Below, piece by piece: positions 37,782 through 49,496 of a DNA stretch of 64,000 nucleotides; positions within the stretch are counted from its first letter, which is position 1, and each line of letters starts with the position of its first letter. Below the pieces are notes generated by a model. It saw only the letters and a program-made list of their open reading frames with translations, was not told where the DNA came from and ran no database searches. The position numbers and the translations under genes are program-made. Source of the DNA: Craspedostauros australis (taxonomy: Eukaryota); NCBI GenBank assembly GCA_030167865.1, contig JALAGF010000236.1, forward strand, positions 1 to 64,000, written 5' to 3'.

Positions 37782-38537
37782 CTACCAACCGTCCCCCGCT
37801 GCAAACAGAGTCCCGCCCACGAGGCTCTCCCACAGATCGAACCCGGACATGGTGGACCATCGATCGACGGCCCTCGTGGCCTGCTGATACCACGCATTCG
37901 GATCAAGCAAGGTATCCATCATGGAGAATCCAGGGATGCAGGGCTCCGTTTGCAGCGCGTATTTCATGAGCATGGGATTGTTGATGATGACCTGCCGCAG
38001 TCCCTCGATACGATCGGGGTCCTTCGCTCGTTCCACGCCATCGGGGTGCTTCAACAACCCAACGAACTTGTTCAAATTCTCTTGGAGCATGGGCACCTTG
38101 AGAGCAAGGTCTGCCAGCAGCTTCTCCATGGCCTGAATTTCGTTCTGATCCCGTTGCATGGTGTGCGTGTCGGTTGAGAATGCCAGCTTCATCTTGAGCT
38201 TCTTCAGCCCTTTCTCCATGTCCTTCAGCATGCGAAAGTGGTTGGCCATGGGCTTGGGAATCATGTTGACCTGAGCGCCGTCCGTGATGCCACGATCGGA
38301 CAAGCAGTCGGACTGCTCGAGGATGGTGCCTTGGTATATCGCCGTGCCCTGCTCGTCATGCGTCAGACCGGTCTCCTCGTGGATACGCTCTTGCAGTTCC
38401 TTGACGGTGGTGACGTCGGAGATGTAGAGCACCGCTCCACGCATAGTCACTTGAACGCGTTGCAGGGGTTGGGGAGTCGCATCGATGGTGGGTGCGAGGG
38501 TCAGGAGACAGAGCAACAGCGAGCAGATCAGGTTCAT
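37782..38537 (-). CDS. Signal peptide plus ubiquitin-like domain plus STI1-like helical region
   Basis: Hydrophobic leader MNLICSLLLCLLTLAPTIDA; UBL pattern TVKELQERI.EETGL...Q...IYQG..LE....LSD.GITDG..V.M; C-terminal DP/NP-containing helices. Confidence 0.7.
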   Translation of the reverse strand: MNLICSLLLCLLTLAPTIDATPQPLQRVQVTMRGAVLYISDVTTVKELQERIHEETGLTHDEQGTAIYQGTILEQSDCLSDRGITDGAQVNMIPKPMANHFRMLKDMEKGLKKLKMKLAFSTDTHTMQRDQNEIQAMEKLLADLALKVPMLQENLNKFVGLLKHPDGVERAKDPDRIEGLRQVIINNPMLMKYALQTEPCIPGFSMMDTLLDPNAWYQQATRAVDRWSTMSGFDLWESLVGGTLFAAGDGW

Positions 38538-39131
38538 CAGCAGCCGGGGACCGAAGATCATCCTTGATGGATGATGGCGTGTGGTTGGTGGTCATGTCTG
38601 ATGGCGTGTGCCACAATCATGCGCTTCATTCAATTCCATCGCTGTCATCTTCGTCCGAGTAGAGTATAACAGATTAGAGTGGAGCAGGCAAGAGTTGGGA
38701 AAGGTGTGGCGTGTCGGGTCACGTGGAGTACTGTTCTATGATTGTGCTTCCCAAAACAGGGATGGCTGGGCTGTGTCTCAAAAGATCTCACTCGCCGCGT
38801 CTTTTTGTGTCCCATCACCCCCAAAACCACATCAACCATCCACACAACGAACACAACAGACAAGATTCGACTGAAACAGAACCACACAACAACAAAACAG
38901 GCAAAATGGCGCGCACACCAAACGCTGACACCCAGACGACCACTTCCACTCGACATACTACGATCATAACATCGCAGAAGGACTATCACACAAATGCATC
39001 CAGTACTACGTTGCTTACACGAATGTCAGAGGCGAGAAACCGAGTCAAGTTCAAGATGCAAATGGTGCTTATATTACTCTATTCCGAGTACAAGCGCCGG
39101 GATAGTGGGAGGGAGGCATGTCGCTACACGA

Positions 39132-41170
39132 TTAGCTGCTCTCTGGCGGGCCATTTGGGTCCTTGTACTTCATCTCCTTTGGATCGAAGCCTGGCATTGG
39201 GAAGGTGGTGGCGAAGGCGTTGACCTTGGATCGGAGGGTCTTGATCTCCTCGTTGTTGTCGAGCTCTGGGATGAAGTCCTTGAGCTTCTTGCCGGTCTTC
39301 TCCTGGATCTTGAGACTGATCTCGAGAGCCTCGTGCAGGAACATGGCGATCTGCTCGAAGTCAGCCTCGACCATCTTTCGTGTTGTCAGGGCTGGAGCAC
39401 CGATGCGGACACCGCCTGGCGTGACGGCGGATCTGTCTCCTGGGACGCAGTTCTTGTTCAGGGTGATGCAGACAGCGTCGCAAGTCTTCTCGAACTTGCT
39501 ACCGGTGATGCCCTTTGGCTTGAGGTCCCACAAGACCAAGTGGTTCTCGGTTCCGCCGGAAGCCATGGAGTATCCCAAAGATGTGAGCTTGTCGGCGAGA
39601 GCCTTGGCGTTGGACTTGACCTGCTGGGAGTACACCTTGAACTCTGGCGTCATGACCTCCTTGAGCTGCGTGGCAACACCGGCGATCTGGTGCTCGTGTG
39701 GTCCGCCCTGGAGGGCAGGGAAGACGGCCTGGTTGATGCGTGATTCGAATCCGCGCTCATCCTTGCGGAAGAAGATCATACCGGCACGTGGTCCACGGAG
39801 GGACTTGTGAGTGGTGGTGGTGACGACATCGCAGTGCTCGAATGGGGAGGCGAGCTCTTCCGTGGCGACGAGGCCGGAGGTGTGGGCCATGTCCATCATG
39901 AGGAGCGCGCCGTTGGCATCGGCGATCTCCTTGAACTTGGCGTAATCGTAGTCGCGTGGGTAGGCGGATCCTCCAGCGATGATCATGGCAGGCTTGAAGA
40001 GGGCGGCGTTGGTGGCGAGCTGATCGTAGTCGATAAGTCCGGTTTCTGGGTGCACGCGGTATGGGAGAGATTCGAAGTAGACGGATGTGGCAGAGACGGC
40101 CTTGCGGGTTCCCTCCTTCTTGGAGTAGGTGTAGAATCCGTGGGTCAAGTGTCCACCACTTGGCAAGTCCAATCCCATGATGCGGTCATGTGGTCGCAGA
40201 AGTCCGGTGTAGACGGCGAAGTTGGCTGGGGATCCGGAGTATGGCTGCACGTTGACGCCCCACTTCTCTGGGTCCAATCCGTAGGCCGCGAGGGCGCGCT
40301 TCTGGCAGAGCTCCTCGACCTGATCGACGACCTCATTTCCTCCGTAGTAACGAGCGTGTGGGAGACCCTCGGCGTACTTATTGGTCAAGGCAGATCCCAA
40401 GCAATCCATGACGGCCTTGGAGGTGAAGTTCTCCGAGGCGATCAGCTCGAGGGAGCGCCATTGGCGGGACTTTTCCTGCTCGATCAGATCAAACAGCTCT
40501 GGGTCATGGTCCTCGAGGGAGACGAGTCCGCGGAATTCCTGTCATTGGAGAAAGAAAAGAGTTCCGTTTGTTGCATTCCGGGGGTTGGTTGCCATTCATT
40601 GTTGCAGTTCCGATGATGTGGATTTGTTCGTCCATCGCCAAATAGAGTTGGTCATTTGCCAACAACATCATGTAACGTATCGTCATGTGGTGTTGCGTGA
40701 TGTGGTGCCGTGAAGTTCAATTGATTTCCAATGTCATTCAAGTACGGGAGTGGATGGTCAATAGGCAGCGGCGGCGGAATTGGCGACAGGCAATGACAGC
40801 GGAAGATGCGCACATGGTGGTGTCATTTTCGTACAGAATGATCGCAGTTGTGTTAGAGCTGTGATTCCATATGATGTGACTTGATCAGATGCAGCCGCAG
40901 GTGTGAGCCCAGGCGCAATAGTCTGCTCTTGGGTGGGGTCTTCTCGTTACGTTGCAGATCGTCGGTTCGCGTCCGCGAGGTGCTGTTCTGATGGAGTCCA
41001 TCCTGGTGCGGCCGACAGCATTTGCGTCCGAACCGACATGAGCTTCGGCATCAACATCAACATCAACATCACCAGGTCAGGTCTGTTGACATGAACGGCA
41101 GCCAGTCAGCCAGCCAGCATCGCCAGCATCGACACTCAATTCCACTCACTTGGTCCTTGAAAGAAGTCAT
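39132..41170 (-). CDS. SHMT: Serine hydroxymethyltransferase, probably cytosolic, 2 exons
   Basis: [41 protein letters not shown] and [12 protein letters not shown]. Micro-exon 41170-41150 (MTSFKDQ) splices over a 611-nt GTGAG...CAG intron to exon 40538-39132. No targeting peptide. Confidence 0.95.
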
Positions 41171-41530
41171 CTTGGCGAAAGTCTGTGCTGGTGTTGCTGA
41201 TTTTATGTTGTGGGACGGGATCGATTACGCACGCTCCTGCTCTTGGATTTTATGGTTCGTCGTTGGAGGTGTTCCATGTTGTTGGTCTCCCTGCTTCTGC
41301 GGACGATGGAGACGATGGTGGTGGTTGTGTGTCTGAGAACAGAAAAGATCCATCTTTTTCGCCATGTCCCAGCGTTTGCGTTGGTACAGTCCTTCGCGTT
41401 TTTCGGTTGGTTTGCTTGGTTTTGTGATCGGAGGTGAGAAAATCGGACGAAGACAGACTGCGTCAGTAGATTCTCCGCCAGTACCACAAAGAACGTTCGT
41501 GCCTTGGCCAATCAAAATGCTCCATCAGAA

Positions 41531-41544
41531 GAAGCACGTGATTC
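41531..41544. promoter_or_regulatory. Near-palindromic 14-mer GAAGCACGTGATTC upstream of SHMT
   Basis: GAA-n-CACGTG-n-TTC dyad about 360 nt upstream of the SHMT start codon; function inferred only. Confidence 0.4.
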
Positions 41545-43477
41545 GGTGAAAGAGGTTCGTTCATGTTCGTGGTCACGACTGCGAAATGCGATTGAGTCAC
41601 GAGTAAGTCACAAGAACGACAGAACGTGAGAAATGTCGGAAACGGCACCAACGAGTCGGAAAATGACGTCGGAGCGAAGGATTCGGGACGTTCCTCTCCT
41701 TGTTCAGTGTGTGTGCATGTGCGCGTGCAGGAACTCGGTGGCGCGCACATTCCCAGTCTGATTCATAGACACAGCAAGCCAGGCGAGGCGCCCTCATCTG
41801 TTGGATGTGCGCGATGGCGCGTTGGGTGGAATGGGTCGGATCTCGTCGGAATTCAATTTGTTCCTTTCTTCCACGTTGTGCGGAATTCAATGTGATGACC
41901 ATCATTGGCGAATTGATTCGCAGTCTTGGTGGGGGCACCAGGATGATGCGAATGCGGTAGAGCAGATGCAGAAGGGCTGGAAAGCAGCGAGGGAATCAGC
42001 GGTGCTCCCTGCCTCGAATGAGGTATTCTATGAATGTTGTTGCGGTCGTCTCTTCTCTTGACGGACGGTGTTTGGATTCCACAATTGCACAGTGCCTGAA
42101 CGTGGAACCGTTGTTGTGGTTGATTCGGTTCGATTTGCGTTCCGGCGAGCGTTGTTGTACCCAAGAGCGCGCAAGAGTGTACGTTTGTGAAAACTCCACT
42201 ACCTCTCCAGAGTTGCGGGACTGTCGTGTCATTCATCTCTTGCTGGTGAAGCAATCAGCAGATTCCTCAAGTCTTCCTTGTGTTTGCGCAAGTCGAAGGA
42301 TGGATGCAGGGAGCGGAGCGGAGTTGTAGGCCTCAGTTCGGAGTATCATACCTGTCGTTGGTCCATTGCGAGCATCGTGATGCGCTGGTTATTTCTGCTC
42401 GCACATGCGCTCTCATTCTTCTTCCACCAACATTCTCGATACTGGAGAAGCAGGAATGTACAGCATGGAATACGAGTAAAGAAACAGAATAGTCGTACCC
42501 TGCCCTCTCTCTGTCTCTCTCTCGTTGTTGCCCAGAATGAGTTCAAGTGGCCAATACGTGTCAGATCATGTCGATGCTGAAGCCGCAGTTTGTAATTGAG
42601 TGCTCGTGCGATGTTTCATGAAGCAAAGACATGACATCATTCCCTCTTGTGACGCATGCGGGAGTATCTGCAACACTTCATTCGCGTCGCTGCTTGGAGA
42701 AGCACTGTGCGAGATGGAACCATGCAAGGAAACAACAAGACATGAGCACACAATCTTGGCGAAGAAACCAACGACTATAAACGAAGTGCAGTTGCTGGAT
42801 GCTACTGTCCGTAGCGCACTGAATAGATGGAGTACTTGACTCTGTGGATATTGATAATGAGTGATCTAGAGAGTCGAGCACTTTTTATGGCGTGTGCTCT
42901 GCAGGGTATTTTTGGACAGTTGATAGGTAACGTATGGTATGGTGTGGTATGGTCGTAGCATGTATTCGTAATGTAGGTCTCTGACGTGGGTGGCATGTCG
43001 ATCATTGATGGGATGTTCATCGATGCATTGTGAGACTTGTATGTATGCAGGCGGAGCGTGATGTAATGGACACGCTCTCTTGTTTCGTACCTCTCTCGTT
43101 GGTGGATCGGAGGGTGCGTTTGTTAACAGGGGACAAGGAAGGTTGGGGGACGGTGGAGCCAAACCCATTACAAGCGTTGAGTTCTTGACTTGGTGTGGGA
43201 CAGACCATGGCTCGGAATGGGACGGGACGTGGATTCGCATTCGCTTGACTGGCCCATTCATTCATGTGTTGGTTGGTCGTGGTGACTGAATCGTGACGAA
43301 TGCGTTCGAACGTGTTGGAAGTGTGTAGTGGGCTGCAGAGGACGATGTGCCGCACGAGGATGGCAGTAGCTGCGGGATTCACTTGGCGAGCTCACACATC
43401 GTCTTGATGGGGCCATCATTCGCAAGGCACTGCGCAGTTCCACTTTCTTTCGTTCGCTGACTTGGGGAGAGCCCTGC

Positions 43478-45394
43478 TCATCGTGTTTGCATTGCAGCGC
43501 ATGCAACCTCGACAAGGGTCGGGAGGTCGGGTCCATCTTCTTGGGTGGCGTGGATGGTTTCCCTCGGGGGCTTGGGTTGCGGAGACACCAGATGCGCGAA
43601 CTTGCTGCCACCGTACTGGGAGGACGCTGGTGCGGACGCAGCGGCTTGATCCCTGCGCTCCGGGAAGTGACGCGTTCGCTGCGGATGCGGGGAGATCATG
43701 GACAGGGACTTGCTGCCGTTGATGCTCCTTCGGGTGCCGCTGGCGAAGCTTGTTGGGATGGCGAGCAGCACAGGTCGCTCCTCCGGATCGCTGTCCGTGG
43801 CGTAGACGGGCGATGATGAATCGCGTGGTGTGACGATGGTGCCGAAGTTGATACGGTCAGAGGTGATGGCGCGCTGAGGAGTCGCGGATCTCAAGGGCGT
43901 GGTGGCCGGGGTTGTCACTCGCTTGCTGGACTTGGACTTTGGCTTCCTCTTGGAGTGGGGCTTGGTGTTGCCGTGCTTGGCAGGTGCCATCGCGCTGACC
44001 TTCTTGCCAGCGGGCTGAGAAGCCATCTGCTTCTGCTCCTGCTGCGGTGGGACGGCGTGAGCTTCGCCGTGGTCCTGCTTGAGGAGTGCTTCCACGGAGG
44101 CTCGCACGACGGTGCGGCAGCTCTTCTCGATCATGGAGGCGAGGATGCTGGTGTCGAGGTCCACATCCACTCCGTGGAGGTCGGCGGAGGTGGATTCAGC
44201 GCTCTGGAAGGTCCCGGTGATGGTTCCAGGCACCTCGAGTTCGATCTGCACGTTGCCTGCCGGTGTGATGATGTTGAGGTTGCAGTCCATGACGAGAGCG
44301 TGGGCGACGTCGTAGGTGTACTCCGCCTCGGCCAGCGACGATGATGGTGGGGCATCGTCTGACCAGCCCTGAGCTGCGGACAGCCTGCGGCGCTTGGTTG
44401 GGGGTGCTGACGCAGCGATCTCCTCCGTCTGGACGCGGCCCTTGACCTTGAAGCTCGTGGTGGCGTCCGTCACCTTGAGGGCCTTCATGAGGCGGCGCAG
44501 GTGGAGGATGAGGCGCGCTTCGCCCGATTGGAGGAGCTGGCGGATCTCCTTCTTGGGTGCGTTGCGTCCTCCGAGACGCCGCTCTGCCTCCACGAGGCGT
44601 CGGGACAGCACGGCGGCCCACGACTTCATCCTCCACTCGGCGGCTCTGTGGAACGACTCCATGATGTTGCGTGTCATGGCCCGAGCCGACAGACGGAGGG
44701 CGTCGCGGTCGTCCACCTTGAGAGGTCGCTTGAGGAGCTTGGCGGGTGGGGCTGTTGCACGATGGGTGACGTTGGGACAGCGCTCATTGCTTGGGGCGGC
44801 CTTTTGCGTGCGGATGCGCGCATTGCCATCTGCAGCGTCAGCATTAACAGCGTCAGCATTGGCATCCGCCTTCTCATCCGTCAACGAGAGCGACGGGCAG
44901 GTGAAGTGGAACGTCTCGCGACGGTAGAAGGAAGAAGCCGAGGACGAGCTGGAGTACCCGCTCTCCGGCGTGCTGCGTCCCGAGCGCGAAACGTGCACCG
45001 TGGTTGGCATGGTCCCTCCTCTGCTGCCTTGTGAGTGCTGATGATGGTGTCCACGGTGTCCATGGTGATGGTGTCGCTGCAGCGTGGTGCCGCTGTGGCT
45101 GTCCCCGCAGCTCCGACTGCAGCTGTTGGTGCTGCTGCCGCAGGACAGGCTCATCAGCAGCCTGGCCTCCTTGCGGACGTCCCCTTCGTCCAGCATCTCG
45201 GCATCATTGTCATTGACGATGTTCGACCTCAGCCGATTCGCAAAGCGAACGAGGGCCAAGTGTTCGTTGTTGCTATTGCTATTGCTGCTGCTGTTGTTGT
45301 TACTGTTGTTGTTGGAAGTGTTGCTGCCGCTGTTGACGCTGGTGGTGCTCATGGCGGCATTCGTTGTCGTCCGCAGGTGCTCCGTCTCGAACAT
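43478..45394 (-). CDS. Hypothetical protein, 638 aa
   Basis: Long ATG-initiated ORF with coding-like codon use; low-complexity N/S/H termini flank a globular-looking core (DALRLSARAMTRNIMESF...LEVPGTITGTF...ILASMIEKSCR). No family recognised. Confidence 0.75.
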   Translation of the reverse strand: MFETEHLRTTTNAAMSTTSVNSGSNTSNNNSNNNSSSNSNSNNEHLALVRFANRLRSNIVNDNDAEMLDEGDVRKEARLLMSLSCGSSTNSCSRSCGDSHSGTTLQRHHHHGHRGHHHQHSQGSRGGTMPTTVHVSRSGRSTPESGYSSSSSASSFYRRETFHFTCPSLSLTDEKADANADAVNADAADGNARIRTQKAAPSNERCPNVTHRATAPPAKLLKRPLKVDDRDALRLSARAMTRNIMESFHRAAEWRMKSWAAVLSRRLVEAERRLGGRNAPKKEIRQLLQSGEARLILHLRRLMKALKVTDATTSFKVKGRVQTEEIAASAPPTKRRRLSAAQGWSDDAPPSSSLAEAEYTYDVAHALVMDCNLNIITPAGNVQIELEVPGTITGTFQSAESTSADLHGVDVDLDTSILASMIEKSCRTVVRASVEALLKQDHGEAHAVPPQQEQKQMASQPAGKKVSAMAPAKHGNTKPHSKRKPKSKSSKRVTTPATTPLRSATPQRAITSDRINFGTIVTPRDSSSPVYATDSDPEERPVLLAIPTSFASGTRRSINGSKSLSMISPHPQRTRHFPERRDQAAASAPASSQYGGSKFAHLVSPQPKPPRETIHATQEDGPDLPTLVEVACAAMQTR

Positions 45395-48300
45395 GATGGT
45401 ACTGCCGTTCGTTCTGGTATCTCTGCTTGCCTCTCTCTTGCGTTGCGTTGTGAGGTATATCCCCTGAATTTGATCGACCTATCGCTCACTCACTCACTCA
45501 CAACTCTGTCGATTCACTTCCGATCTGCTTGCCCGTGCGAATCCCTCCTCTCTGTGTTGCTTGCTATAGTTGCTTGTTGTGATGTTACGTTGTGATGTCG
45601 CGTTGCGCCAATGTTTGCTTTGTGTTTTTGTGCTTGTGATTGATGGCTTCGACTGCCCCTTGCGTTAGGGTGTGGTGTGTTTGAGCCGCTACTACTGATG
45701 CTGATGCTCTGGTGTTTGTGTGACAACTTTGGTTTTCTTTGGTGAGTGTTGGCTTTGGTTGATGCCGCTCTGTCTCACTCACTCACTCGCTTCGGTGCAA
45801 TGACACAGAACAAGACTACTCCTGCGTGTCCGCGCACTCTCTGCGCTGTGAATGCACAAAAGAATGCGATGCGATGCAACGCGAGCAATGCGCCTGATTG
45901 CAATGCTGAGATCTCTCTTGCGAGGAAGCAAATTGAATTCTGTTGTCTCTGTGCCCGTTTCTTCACATCACATCCAACCGTGGACAAGCGAACGACCACC
46001 ACGCTTACATACCTACTACCACGAACATACGCGTGCGCGTACAGTACGAATACGTTGTTGGTACCTCGTGGAACGCTCGTACCCACGAACAATCCGCGCC
46101 AGTGATTTCCGCAGTTTCTGTTGCGTACCCGTACAAGCTGCTCGTATTTATTTGCCACAGTACACAAGTACGGGTACTTGTGCGCTCCGCACAGCAGCAA
46201 TGCTGTCACTGTGGAGCAATGATTGGCTGGTCGCGAACCCCAACCTGACACTGTGTTGAAGTCGGTTTTCTGTTCGTGGCTTGTTGGTTGGCTGTTGTTG
46301 ATGTCTGTAGACTACAGTACCGGGTCTACGAGTGGGGCCGAAATCGCACTCATCCGTGGACGCGCCGCGCTTCGTGGGTAACGCCGAACGCAACCGTTTC
46401 GGCAAAGGCGATGGGGGGATGACGAACACCATTCGACTGTACCCTCGCTGCCTCCACAAAGCGCCACAGTGCAGAAGCAACAAGACACGACATCCGCAAC
46501 AGACACAGCCAACCATCCACAAACAAGAACACATAGAACAACCGCGGCAAAACCCGTGGGAACGAGTCGGCACAAGGCGACAAAATGGGGAGATCTCGTG
46601 TTCCGCGACTTGCATCATTGACCTATCTTGGGCTTAATCCGCCGCGCTGCGACGGAATTAGTTTCGGTTCATGATTAATTGTTCCGCCGCACTTTCACTG
46701 ATTTGGTCCAACCAAACCCGATGTTTTTCCGTTCATAACGACTCCAAAGGCGTCACCATAAACGTCGAAGACCGGGCGGGCCGTTTCCATTTATCAACGC
46801 ATGCGGGACCTCAGCGATACCAGCGCACACAGCGACACGCGAGGACAACCTTCGCTATGAGTCCACCAAAGCAGGCCAGTTCTCGTGCGTGATGAACGGA
46901 AAGCGAAAATTTGGCCGACGCTTCTGATTTCCGCGGCACAAGACTGTGTCCACCGTTCATTCTTGTGAAATTGTGTGGTTTGTCGAGTCAACAGCCGATG
47001 CCAACATGCGTGGGCTCGCGTTGGCATCTGCCAATCAATCTTCAAACTTCAACATTTCCAGTCGACCATTTGTGTCTGCCGTTCAACTCTGCGTAGCTCC
47101 ACAATTTGAACTGTCGTGTCTCGCCAACGGCTTTCTTTGAAACGCCGTGTCTTGTGCACGGAGCGCACAAATTAGCCCAGGAACATGTGTGACTTTGTGT
47201 CCTTCACTGTGCCATGGGTCATTCACCATTCGCAACGGTAACAATCCCATCAACGGCAACACTCGACCACCAACAGCAGAGCAACAACGGCAACCTTGCG
47301 CTAAAGCAACAACGGCGAGAACGACAACGACGAAAACAACGGCGACAATGGCGGTGATGCGGAAAAGGCCCTTCGTTCTCGCTCCAGGTTGCACTCCGAA
47401 CGGGCCGTACCATCCACAAGTATCCACTCGTCGTTGTGATAGGTTGTACTCGCGCTACTGCAGTAGGGAGAGGGGCAGTGTCTTGTAATGGTTTCCAAGC
47501 GCCAAACGCCAACCGACCACCCCAGTCTCTGACTTTCACGGACAGCTTTGACATTGAAATGGATTTCACCAGATCGTCTTCTCTCCATTCAACGTTAAGC
47601 GATGCGAACACCTTGCTCCCGGTTTGTTGCAAGACAGAAAGAAGATCTTCCAGATGGAACAAAGCAAAGCAGAGCACGCCAATGCGTTGAGGCGCAGTTC
47701 CTCAACACTCGTCACCTTTGGAGACCGCAATCGTGGGTATAGGGAGTGCGCGGCGCACCATGCTCGTACATAGGTGACAACTTGCGCGTCAAGTACCATG
47801 GTCCATAATTGTGATCCCACCCACTTCAAACTTCGCTGCCTGGCCATTCTCGTCGCTCCGAGAGGTCCCACGTGTGTGAAGAATCACCAACGTGGCTGTT
47901 TCTCTTGGCATCTTGGATCGCAAGGAAGCCCTTGGCTTGTCCCCAACAACTTCCCGAAGAAGAACCGTCAGCGACCAACTGCCCCACCCAAGATCGACCG
48001 GCACATCTGTGTGGTGCTCGCACATAACGCATGTGGAGCACCTGTTGCTGTTTGTAATCCTTGCCGCTATCTCATTGGAGTTCCGTGCAGAACATGCGTC
48101 GTTGACACAGGCATCGCCGCGGATGAGCGAAGCGGTTGTGGGAATGGCCGATCACACGAAAGACCATCGGACTTCTTCAAAACCAGTTTTGGCGCCAACG
48201 GGACCAGGGTTCCGATCCACTCGTGTGCACAAGTGTCACAACGACTGCTTGATTGCTTTGAGTGTTTGGCACGTCTGGACACAGCACACAAACTGTAGGC

Positions 48301-49496
48301 ACGATTGGAGAGGGATCGGAGAGCATCAGCCATCTCGTTTGGATCCTGTTGTATCCCACCCACAACCATTGCATGCAACCACAACCGTGGGCAGCAAGAT
48401 CAATGATGGAAGACCATGAAGACTCATGCTCACATGGTGCCATACAACTACTCACACGATGCATCGACAGCACCACCCTCGAGTCACAATGACGTGAAGT
48501 AGCTCGTAGCTCGCAGCTCGCAGCTCGTATGTACCTGTTACATTACATGAATCACCGTCTTGATTGATCGAAGGCGGGCTGCATCAACATCAAATGTGGA
48601 AATGACCTACGCTCAAACCCTCCTTTCCGATGCTATGCACAACGCCGTCAACATCCGCACTGGATGTGCGAGCTATGCATGATACTTCACCAAGGATCAC
48701 TCTGCTGCACATCGAAACGACGGTGCTGTGAGCTCTGTCCGTTCAACGCTTGGTCCCTGGGGAAGCCTCTGTCCACGCACAATCACACAAGGCAAATGTC
48801 AAGTACGCGTCAAGGAATATGAGAGATGGAGTGGCGCATGTCGGGGGTTCCCCATGTCCCCCGTGCCATGTGCATCCATCGGCTCTGGAAAACTGCATCA
48901 ATTCCCCAAGGTCTGACATGATACACGAGCTCAACTCAAGATGCAACAGAGAGCGTGGTCAACCTCACATCAGTTGACTTCTCCGCCCACGCCAACAACA
49001 AAGACATCAAACAAAATCCAGCAACTCCGAGGTATACCTCGGTGTCTACGCAAATGATGACGGGTATCTCAGCGTTTTCCACTGGCTTCGTTGCATACCA
49101 CTCTGCTGCTCTGCAATCCACGGCGTGTCTGCACTGACCTTCCACACAGGTGCCGTCCACGGATGACCACACGGTCTTGCCGGAGTATCCGGTCGTGCCA
49201 TGCACACGTTCTCACAACTATTCTATCTCGCTTCCACCAAGCTTTGATCCATCATCCTTCGCAGCAATACTCGTACACCCATCTCTCGAACACGTTGCCC
49301 TAAATTTCATTTTTGGTCCCACACTCGTACTGCTCTACAGCAACTTCGAGCAACCGAAACTCTCCGAAGCGCACCACGGTGAGAGCCGTCGGAGAGGAGA
49401 AGAAACACGCTGGTTTCCGCGATGCCATGAACTCCGACTCTTCTATCATCAAGCACATGACACGAAACGAAACAAAACGAAGCACGATGCAACACG

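Noticed and set aside
49027-49042. Perfect 16-bp palindrome CCGAGGTATACCTCGG
   Set aside because: About one is expected by chance in 64 kb, and there is no supporting context.
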